Positions 27,051 through 47,400 of a stretch of DNA of 64,000 nucleotides are shown in pieces (position 1 is the first letter of the stretch; each line of letters opens with the position of its first letter). The position numbers and the translations under genes were made by a program. Below the pieces are notes generated by a model, which did not search any database, was not told where the DNA came from, and saw only the letters and a list, made by a program, of their open reading frames with translations. This stretch comes from Balanoglossus misakiensis (taxonomy: Eukaryota; Animalia; Hemichordata). The stretch lies in assembly GCA_040954595.2 (NCBI GenBank), contig CM082579.2, forward strand, positions 9,599,625 through 9,663,624, written 5' to 3'.

Positions 27051-29682
27051 GTTCTAGAGTACCATCATCTTCTTAGACTATCAAAACAATCACACCCGTG
27101 CGTGCAAGCATTTAAAGTTTCACTTCTGTTTATTAATACATTCTATAGTCAGGGCCTGTTTTTCTCTTACAGAAAAGGACACTGAACATTAACCCAATTG
27201 ATTGAGAATCACAAAGTCTACAAAATACATCACAGAAATTATCCCTCAAATATATATCCATACAATTTTATCTATCCATTTCATAAATGCATTTTCTTTC
27301 TCTAAATCGAAAAACAAAGGTTATTAAACCAGCAAAACACATACACTTACCAAAAAGAAAAATTAGTAACAGTATATCTGTTAATGTTACACCATAGTGT
27401 AAAATGTGTGGGTCTAGCTCTAAGCTCCTTTTTATCACAATTTTGCATTGATTATTTTTTGTTGATTGGGAAGCACGACTACAACATAGCTAGTGTGAAA
27501 TTCTACCCCTCTGCCCCTAGTATTGTAGAGTGGAATGAGCCCCAGCTATGTACTGTATTGATGAGCCAAACCATGTCGGTAGAAACAGGGAGGGGTGGAA
27601 AAAATCGGAGGGGGGAGGGATCCTTGCTTAAACTCCCTTCAGGGGTAAATTAAGTTGATTAGAATGATGCTGGCCAACACCTTTTGCCATATGTCTGTAC
27701 CACATGCCCAATTTCTTGTGAAAATTGCTGCCAATTTTTTTTCTTTAATAAAAAAAGTACATAAATAAACGAGAGGGGATTTCTAAATATTTGCTTTCCT
27801 GCTCAAAATATTGCTAGCAAGAATCAATCTGGTTTTTACACTCTGCAACATCACTTCTGGAGAAAAGTTTTGAGGTCTGTGAGGATTTACCCTGATACCT
27901 GTTCTTTTGAAGAAAGCTGAAAGTAACAAATGCTTTTTTTTCCACAAAAATATTGTTTCTCATACTCACAGGAAATTTCTGACGTTATCTGGAAACTAGA
28001 AATAACTGTTTATCAACTCTGCAAGATTTTCATACAACCACAGAATTATTTTTTTTTTCTTTAGTTTCCATTGTTGATTTACCTCTTTCATTTGCATGAT
28101 TGGTATATTTTCTCCTCAATGGTACAGATGGACAAACATACATGCACTTGGAACTGGGGGTGTAAGAGTTAAATCAAATGGCTGGCAGGAAACAGTTCAG
28201 TGGTAGTAAGTGCATTCCATGTTTGTGACCTTTGACCTTGCCCACTGTCACAAGTCAAATCAGACCTTGGTTGAGAATGACAGGTGAATGCTATCTTATG
28301 TACCCGGTAAGTCCAGCAAAAGTGATATGTCCTAAATGTCACTAACCTGCCTGAAACTGTGCAAACACTCCTTACAAACACAAGAAGATGACAGGGGTAC
28401 TAGTATCTGAAAGCGATACCAGTGCGCTCAAAATTACAAAGAAAACAGGCAGTGTTTTAAAAGACGATCATTTCTCTACGATCACTGCTGCGCTGTTAAA
28501 GCTTTGCGTCTCATCTCTCACGCTTGGCATTCTACACAGACTGACCACACCCATCAAGGTTAGCCAGGAAGTCAGCAAATCTGCAGTGGTGCTGTCAGGA
28601 AAATCCATCGGTTTATAAAACACTTCACCGAAAGATTTTCAACAAACTACATTGTCTGATAAACTGTTTTTTTTAGCAAACCACTCTGTGGCACATCAAG
28701 GAAAGAAGAACCCAGAAAAGTCAAACATATTTTAAAACCGAGAACTGAAATGTTGATTAGCTATGTTGGATTTCTTCCACAAGAAAGATGGAATACACTT
28801 CCTTCCCTTGGAAATGTAGAACCTGCATACAAGACTGCACTCGTAATACTGTTCTGTTGTACCCGGTAGGTGTTGGAAAAACAGGCAAGTGTGTGCAATG
28901 GCTATTGATGACTATATAAGATGGTAACAGTGCACGAGTGTTAAACAATTTTTGCTATTACAAAAAGAATTATATTTCAAACTTACTCAATAGTCTTTCA
29001 ATGAAAGACCTACATTATGCAATTTGAAATTGTATCACCTACAGTCAATATGACCTGTAAGTGTATGCAAGCATCCAAACTTCTAACTTTGATGTGTAAT
29101 TTGTTCCGACCTCTGACCTCTACGGAGTTGCCCGTCTTCAGTGTGCAGACTAATGCAAGAAAACACATTTGTCAACCTCTGGAAAAATGCATTAGTCGGC
29201 TTCATGAGTAGGACTGGTGCCAAAGGAAAAGAGAACAGCGAAAAAATAATAATATTGATACAGAAATGTCTCTATGGAAACGGGAAAGTGAAATATAGTG
29301 GTATTAAAGGAGTTCGCTGCTGCATAAACCATACTGTCTATCCAGCAATATCTTCAGCGAAAGCAAACACGAAGAAAGTATGCAATTCTTTACAGGTCCC
29401 TGGCTTCCTTCCGGGTTTCTTCTCCATGGATAATGTAAACCCCCCAACGAGGACTGCCCGCATCGTGTTTTAGTGTAGCAGACAGAAACACAGAGACCTC
29501 CCACTTTGTAAATTTTTTTCAAGTTGAGAATCGTTGGCTTTGCTAACACTGCCTTGACAGACAAGTCACTGCTGCATCTAGAACTTGGTCCGCGAGGTCC
29601 AAAGATTTCATAAATCTGTATCTCTATCCAACATTCATATTTTTTTTTATAAAAATGTCTTTATGTTACTTATTTTCTTTCT

Positions 29683-32464
29683 TTATGGGATTCCAAATTG
29701 TACAACTAGATCTTCTTTGTGGTCGACTTTGACTTCGGATAGCGCCCCCGCTGCTGTGGCTGCAGCATTGTTTATCTGTGAAGCAAAGAAACAAGAGAAT
29801 AAACATGTGGTAATGTGCATGGTTCTAGGCAATCCTAATCAATAGGATTGTCTAGGGTCCGACCCCAACAAGAATGTGTCCCTGTCAAAAATAAGGAGTC
29901 TGTGAAGTGAAATAAGGGATTAACACGACCCCTGGATGTCAATCTGGCAAAGTGTTCAACTCAGATGAAATTGAATTCTCAGGTGGCACAATCCCTCCTA
30001 TAACAAACCAAATAATGATAAACCTAAATTTGATGGCTAAAGGGGGAAATAGCACTGATACACTTTTTTTTCTGTGATAAATAAAAAGGATCATAGTTAC
30101 TCACCAATTGAATATCTGCTATTGAGACGGGTTCACTTGCTAAGACTGCCTGCGGAACCGATGTACCGGCTGGGAGAGGGCGCTTTCTTGTTTTGCTGGA
30201 GTTGCCACTAACTATAGCTATCCTGGTACTGAAAGGTTTACAATTACAAACAGAGAAAGGGAGGAATTAACTTCATCAGCTGGAGCATGTGATGGATTAA
30301 CACAGCAGATTATATTTTGATCATGATTACAGTTACACATTACAACACACAGCAATGATCTTAGATGCAATCATCACCACTAAACTACAGTTAGGCAGAT
30401 ACCATAGTGACAAACATAATTTTTAAAAGAAATTTCTCTGAGTCAGCCCTATATCTTTACGTGTAGTGTGGATAATTTTGAGTCACCGGTGAGTTTGTTG
30501 AGTCAGTGGCGCAACATACGGGCTTAGAGGGCACACTGGTGACAAGATTCTGAATGAAACCGTTCTAAAGCTGTTTTTTTTTTTCTCTGAGAATCAGCTG
30601 CTTTGTCAGACTTACCTATACTGCCTGGCTCTATCCATGTACTCATGTTGTTCCATTGTATGCGAGTCTAACGCCGACACATCAATGACGTTATTCGCCG
30701 TCTGATGTAAAATCCTATTCAGTGCCGACTGTTCATCGCCTTTCTTCATGTTTGGCGGGGACTGACTACTGAAGTCATCGCTGTAAGAATGAAGAATATT
30801 TTAGCCTGAGGTTTCTTCAATCTCAAGAGTTTTTGGTCACTCCTCTTTGAAGGTACAGTCACCTATGCAAATTTAACCACTGTTACCATGGCAACTTGAA
30901 GTATAGCCAATCACAGATTTTCAGTGGGTGGCACATGTGGAAAAAAGTCACATGGTGGATGATGGTCATTCGAAGACTTAGACATACCCTTCTGACATCA
31001 GCATTTACCCTACAACAATGATGCAAGTTTCAAATTTTTAATAGTTATATATGCAATCTTTTACCTCCGTTTTTCGAAATACCTAACCAACCACAAACGG
31101 CAAACAAAGAACTTAATTATTATAATTAAAATAAATGTGTCCAATATGAACTTACCTTGTAACTGGTCTGTTACTTGCATTAGCAACACTGTTTCCTAGC
31201 AAGTTTGTTCTTTCATTTGGTTCTTGTTCCTGAAACAGATGACAGAAAGTTAGTGCAATTATTAAAGGTGCAACTCAGGACTGAAAGTGAAAATGAAACG
31301 TGTTACAGGGCCTGAAAATCACCATCACAGTTGCATTGATTAGGAAGAGAGACACAATTAATAATTGTTACTATTTAATGTTTCCAAATGTGTCTCAACT
31401 GTCACCCCTATAATTTAAAGTTAACTTTATTACTGTTCACAACAATCATGGCAGGCCACTGTGAGCAGACGGTTTCACTTGGATGTGAAGAATCATGTGT
31501 TACGTACTATCACCAATGTATCCTGTTTTATGTTGTTATCAGTTTTATTTGTGACACACGTTTCAAGCTGCTGCTTTAGTATTAAAAATGTTTCCAGCAA
31601 TTCATTAGTGTTTGACCATAAAGTATTTGAAATCAGTTAATCAAATTAAATTTGAGAGTATTAGTAATTAATTAATATAAATACATAGCTGTAACTCGTC
31701 ATTGTTTTTCACCACCATTCAACCCAAAACAAGCTGACTCATTCGTCTTGTGATCATTCAAAACAAGCAGGGTGGAATGAGTAATAACCAAGTTTTGGTT
31801 TCTAATTGGTATTTTGTTTTCTTCTTTGCTATTATGTAGCTATATATATGGTTAATGATATGCTGAAGAGGATCACACTACTGCTCCCAAGTTGTTCATC
31901 AAAAGCTTGTGTTTATTACATACAACATTTCTTCAGACAAGAAATCATCAAACTTGATATTAGTAGGTCTTCCCATGGAAATAGAAATACACACATGTAT
32001 AACAGTGCTCAATGTTTCAGTTACTAATATTTGGAACATGCAGTTAAACCAGGATTTCTGTCTCACTGTAACTTTATGGCCGTCTAGACAAAGAATGCGT
32101 ATTGTTTATTGACCTTGGCTGACTCTAATATATACGATTAAAATCACGAGATCAACGACCTTCACACGAAAAATAAAATAAAGTTTATACCTGAGAAGTT
32201 GTGGGCATACCGATCCCTGACATATCAGGATTTGGGGACATTTTACGTTGATTGCTTTACGCTACTTCCATACAGTTTCCAACATGTTTTCCAGCACGCC
32301 CCCCCCCCCCCTTCCACTCTTGTTCAGCTGACAGTCACATGTCAACTAGACTGACTGACTCACTCTCGCCCTTGTTGATCGAGGCCCGTCGCACAAATTT
32401 CTAGAGATATTCGGCAACTTACCCCAGCATTGCTGTCGTCGTCTTTACAAAAGCAACACCCCAT
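29683..32464 (-). CDS. LAMTOR1: Ragulator complex protein LAMTOR1 (p18), 5 exons, 165 aa
   Basis: Exons 32464-32423 ([10 protein letters not shown], myristoylation/palmitoylation motif), 31229-31156 (ERTNLL dileucine), 30780-30616 ([35 protein letters not shown]), 30228-30105, 29775-29683 ([11 protein letters not shown]). Confidence 0.95.
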
Positions 32465-32950
32465 TGTGACTTCTAGTAAATCAAATCAGTTATGACATCG
32501 TAATCTCCATAAACTGATTAGAGGAGCGCAGTTTCTGTTTTCAACTCACACGGATTTCGTCGTCCTACGTACTTTCCTTCTTTACAGGAAGTAGATAAGT
32601 TCGTGTGTTCCCAGTTCTTTACTCCACGGGCTCATTCAACAACCACGAAATAATTGCATAATATCAAATTAAAATATGTTTGTCTTAGTATCTATGTGGT
32701 GAGAATTTGTTCAAAATACGCTATATATTATAATATAGTTTGTTGTTTCAACTTTTTCTGTTTTTACTCATTTATTTGTAGTCCTTCAAAATTTTGCGTA
32801 GAACGAGGAAAGAACGGAGAGGCCGGCACGCATGCGTTTTTTCACCGAAGCCATCTTGAATTTTTCAACCACGCGGTGTGTGGACCACAAGAGGAATTTC
32901 AGTAATTTTGTAGATTTTGCCAACTGCCGTGAAGGTGCACATGCAAAGTC
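32465..32950. promoter_or_regulatory. Bidirectional promoter LAMTOR1 (-) / NAA15 (+)
   Basis: ATGs only ~490 bp apart and divergent. ETS-like CAGGAAGT (32585), NRF1-like ACGCATGCGT (32828), YY1-like GCCATCTT (32850). Confidence 0.7.
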
Positions 32951-41977
<9,027 letters not shown>

Positions 41978-42781
41978 TAGTGCATTGTGTTAATTCTTTA
42001 CCGTGAATCAGTAGCAGCAAGCGATGTTTTCTGCCACCCAGGTCTGCAACAGTATAATGTGTGTGGCATTCCTGCCGTAATTTTTTTCTGAAGACATTTC
42101 AGAAGGATGCGATTCTCTGCACTGTCAGCAGAAATGTCACACAATTTGGAAAGTCCCAAATCCAACGTGACCACCCGTTACAAGTGATTGCCACCAGGAA
42201 CTAACTAGCGCTGTATCATTGTATGCAACCACAGGACCATCTTTTGACTTTTCTCAAACAACCTGGGGTCAGTGTCTTTTCAGGACACCTGTGTGTGCTT
42301 CCCCTGGACAAGTAATGGCGGACTGCATGTTTTATAGACTGCCGTGATGATGATTACATAACTACCCATATGTGTCTAGAAAAAGTTGTCGCTGAAGGAC
42401 TTTATTTTAAGGGGAAATAGCAGCAACGTTTTGGAATAAGAGTGATACTTGCAGTGTTGGGTGCACACACATTCAGTCAGCCATTTTCTGATCTTATCCT
42501 CGAATTTTGAATTGGTTATTTTTGAGTAAAGGACAAACATGGAGACAGTGGTACCTACGATCATAGGTCCCCACACTTTGGTTTGATCTGTGTGGTGTGT
42601 GAAAATTCAAGGTAATCGGCAAGATTCATACACCTATGGAAAGTCCTGGGAAAGGTAAATTGTACTTTTAACCCGTAACACTCCTATGAATGAATTACTA
42701 TAAAACTTGTGATTACATATAAATTGACGTAACTGATTATGATCATCCTTGCAAGTGTTTCAATTATCAAAGTGTGAAACA

Positions 42782-42869
42782 TTAACCATCCCCAGTTCCC
42801 TCTTAAGAGGTCCAACCTTACCACTGAAAACATTGGGTTTGGACTGAGCCTTGGTGGTGAAAAGGTTAA
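42782..42869 (+). mobile_element. piggyBac-like mini element, copy 3 (probable NAA15 3' UTR)
   Basis: TTAA-bounded, same core; lies upstream of an AATAAA at ~43045. Confidence 0.7.
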
Positions 42870-44411
42870 AACACGATGCAAAATCAATCATGAAAATTGA
42901 CATTTTTAACCCGAAGTACTTCTCGAGAACTGTTGAACCTCGCCCCCACCTCCAAAAGAAAATTGAGGAATTTGGAATTCCTTGGCGTGTATGGATCCTG
43001 CAAAATCTTGTCTTTACCGTAATATCACCAGAAACATCCAATTAAATAAACACATTTAGAATTAGTTTGCCATTTTCCTGCTTTTGTATCTTTCCAGGGA
43101 TGACACTTAGATTTTACCTGTCTGTACTAGTCCTAATGGGCAGACAGCACTTTGGTGTATATATCAGGACCAGGTGAACTTTATTACACCAGCTGAATTT
43201 TTCAGGCTGTTTAGATGATTACATGTATCCCACCACCCCTATATTTCCTGTGGAATAGACCCACAGATATATCTGCCACAGGCAGGAGGGGGATAAGAAA
43301 CACAGACAAAGGGGAGTCAAATGTAAATGTGGCAGGGGAAGCAATTGGGTGGGTACTAGGATCACCTGAAGGGAAATCTGCCTTTTTTCTCTAGAGAAGA
43401 CCCTCCAGGTGACCCAAATAAGAAGGGTGGGTTGGGTATTAATGAAGGTCGGTCTGTCACTGTAAAAAATTATAAATTGTAAAGTGTAGTCGCAGACAAA
43501 TTTAAGACATCTCTTTTCTTTCCTTTTTTATTTGATCAGTTTGTTTGTTTTTTGCTACCAGAACAAAAACTCGCAGAGCGTGTAAAGAGTGGAAATGAAA
43601 CTTACATAGCACCAAAATCACCCAAGTCATAACTGGGAAATATAGTACTGTAGTTTGCAAGATAAAAACGCACTTCGAAGTTTTGCATTCCTGGACAATT
43701 TTGAGGATCCATGACTCCACTTTGTATACATTTTTGGGGGAAGAGCATCTGATGCTGTCATTGCAGATTTAAAAGCCTTGAGGGCACCTTCTGACGCAGG
43801 AAAAAAATTGTGTCCTGTATAAATCGGGTCATATTTCTTGTGCACCCTTGAAATTGTATATTCATCGGGCTTTCATCCCTTGTGAGGATTGCTCAATACA
43901 GCGCCCTCTGGAGACATGGGTACTACTATTATTTCTGCTCCAGATAGTCGATGGAGGAACAAATTAGCCTTTGTAGAATTCAGGTCTTTTTTATGACTAC
44001 TTTTACTCGGTCTGTGTCATGAACAGACTGTAAAATACTGCATTTCAGTGTAAGCTAAGAAAAAGAATAAAATCAGCATTCTTTTTTTTTTTGTACAGGT
44101 AATCTGCTTGTTTCTGTTTTATAATTGCACAATCTCCACATGGCTTAAAATTTAGGATGGATTTTCTACTATAAAAGTGTCTTCCAGACTAAAGTGTTTA
44201 TCCACTGAAATTAATACAGTTTCTAATTGTACACTGCACTCATTCGACATTACATGTATTTCAAAGACTCCTCCCCCCCCCCCTAGTGAAATTTCTCTTG
44301 TCTTCAGATATAAAATTATTTACACATACTGATGGTTTCTCCGACACATTTCGTGGCTTCGCCCTTTTATAATAGCACTTGGGCGTGATAAATTTTCCTT
44401 CAATCACAAAA

Positions 44412-47400
44412 TCACCGCATTCCCTTCAGGAAAGAATGTTCCAAATTCAGATACGTGGTGATGAATTCCGGGAAGTCTCGTTTGGTGACGATCTCCAGGA
44501 AGATCTGCGAGGCGGTGTTCAGCAGTTGTCTGTCCGCCAGCGTGGCATAGTCGGCGGTCTGCATCTGTTGAGTGAGAAAGTCTCGTATCAGCACGACCAC
44601 CAGGTGACGCGTTATCGTCGTCCCATCATCCTCCAGGCGAGCCTGCTGACGGATCCACTGCCAAACCTGATGAGAAAACAAATCCATCTTTTAGCGAGGG
44701 CACAGCTTCAACTTTTGCTCCAGGGCAATTCTAAAATCACAGGACAATATCACGGATCACTTTAAATATTTTTATAAGAGAACTATAAATAAGTATTCAG
44801 TGCTGTTTTCAGTTCTTGGAGATTGCTTAACATACAGTTCAGTATGTGAGGCACAGAAATCACTATTACCGTAATTCAAGTTTTTCAAAGCCAAAAAATA
44901 CCATTTGTTGCTAATAAAATCCACATTTTAGTTGATATATATGTAACTATAAGTGTACCCTCAAGTTGAAGGTAACAGACTACAGTACCTGTGATCTTGA
45001 AATCTCGGCTGTGGCGGAATCTTCAACAGCACCTTTGTAGAAAAAGTGACCTTTACCTGAGTGAGAGAGACAGAGATGAGGTGTTTTACGATTATAATAC
45101 AGCGATAACAAACAATACTTTTACCGGTAGCCCTTAAATGATGGCAACACAACACACTATTACTTAGGCAAAGAAAAACCGAAATACTAGTTGAAATTTT
45201 AATTACATGTACTCGCATGTTTATATCAAACGAAGTGAAAATACATGCCATTTTCCTCATATACTTTTGCTGTGCAATTTGGCAGAGTTAGAAGAATGTG
45301 TGTACATCTTGAGGAACCTTTGGTGCATAAAGCTGGCAGATGAGGGTTTGGCATTTCTGGGCTTAATAGGTTTGTTAGGGAACATGGTTTGATGTTACCT
45401 CCTTCTTGCATTGCAGTTGGACAAACTGAAAATCACTTGACCAAAATACTATGGCCGAGGCACCTGTGAAATTTGGTGGAATGATTATCAATAAATGAAA
45501 AGAAACTATACAAAACAGGAAACCTCACCATGAAACCATGAATCGATGAAGAGAATTCCAACAGCTATGTTGTGCTGGAGACCAGCCAACATGACTCCAC
45601 CCTGCAGGAAAGCCATCGTAGTCACAGGGTCATTCAATGTGTCAATTCTATGGTTCATCAAACCATTAATGTCATCGTCAATTTCACATTACAACTTGAC
45701 AAACATGGCCAGATGGTACACTCTTACACTAGTATATCAGTGAAGCAATCTTGTGAGAACCAGCTTCTTTTGTAACAAGCAACCACCTGTTCTACACTGT
45801 GTTTTTGTAAAATAAATAAAGTTAAATTTATGGAATTGAAATACCACTGACATTAAGTACTGCTCTGTGTTCAGTAATACATGGAACATTTTGTGTATGC
45901 TACCAGCAACCAAAACACAGGTTGAGGTCATGATCATTCCAAATATTACGACCGTTACTGAGTCTATACCACCATTCAACATTGACAAGCCAATGAGTGT
46001 CCACCAGACTTACCTTGGGCACTACAAGTAAGTCTGTAGCTGTTACGTTCACATCGGCTCTTCCGACCGAATACTGGTTGTCAGAGGGGGCATACCGCCT
46101 GAATAGCTAGGGTGAGCAGAAATTAAAATGTCAAACAGTAACTGATTTTTGGGCATTTACATTTGCGTCATCAACACCAGTGTTTTATCCATGGTCACCT
46201 CTAATTAACATATGCCTATTATATGGCCAAAAGGACATGTTTAAATGTTCGAATGACTATGTGGTGATGCATTGGGTTTTGAGTGTGCCACCCACTGAAA
46301 ATCTGTGATTGGTTATATTTGAATTTTCCATGGTTATACCATGGTAAATTTGCACAGATAACTGTGTACCTTTCATCAGCAGAGCTCAACTTGTTTGCTC
46401 AGTGCAACCAAATTACAGTTACTTCAAGAAGAAGTCACATGCTGATTTGAGATCTATTTACCCTATAACTGACCTGTTGCATTGGCTCAATGAGTTTATC
46501 ATCATAAACCAAGAATCCATCCACACCTGCCTGGATTTCTGTCAACTTGGCACTGCAACAAAATAACAGTAAATTACGGAGAACGTTTATTTAACCATCA
46601 ATCTCTCAAGATTGTAAATTCTCAAAGCTGAATTTCCATATCTAAAAGCTATGATAATAATACTTTATAAAAACGTTCTTTTGATGCCAGACATTAATCA
46701 TATTAACGTTAACTGATATTGGCCAATAAACATAAGACTACTGTACGTACGGACAAGAGTGACAAGATTGCAACTATGGAAATCACCTTGTAGTTTTCTT
46801 GATAATTTCTTGGTATTCAGGCGAGTTTTTCTCGGGGACAAGAAGGGCTGACATCCCTCCTGTTGCATGGCAACTGCGCCGGTGACAGGTCTGAATCACC
46901 AAGTCCATGTAGCTCTTCAAGAAATGTTTCTCCATGTTGACATACTTGTTCCTGTCCGGCAACAGAAAATCCGCCCGGTGCCCTGGAATTCAAACAAGTC
47001 ATAGAGAAGCACTATGAATTGCTTGTGCTGTTTCACCATTTCACCACCGTGGTTTAGTCCAAACCCATTGTTTTCTGTGGTAAGGTTGAACCTCTAAAGA
47101 GGGAACTGGGGGTGAAAGGGTTAAACACCCTTTCTCTGTCTCTCTCACTCAGGTAAAGGTAACTTTTTCTACAAAGGTGCTGTTGAAGATTTTGCCACAG
47201 TCAGGGTGAGCAATATTACTTGAGGAAATTAAAAAAACAAACATGTGGGGTGGTTCATTTTCTGTAACCTAAGCCATGTAGTTCTCAAGATTTCATAATG
47301 ATTCTCACTTTTCTTTTACCCTTCTTTTGATCAACTGTCACAGAATACACAACAGTCTTACATGTAAATGATGAAAATATGTAGCAAAATACACTTCAGA

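Noticed and set aside
25053-32950. TOMT exons (LRTOMT-type fusion) or ANAPC15 near LRRC51/LAMTOR1 as in human
   Set aside because: No methyltransferase-like or ANAPC15-like exons recognised; NAA15 follows LAMTOR1 directly.
44400-44414. Stop-codon read-through creating a cryptic PTS1 on malate synthase
   Set aside because: Context is TGA TTT, not TGA CTA, and the extension FCD* is not a PTS1.
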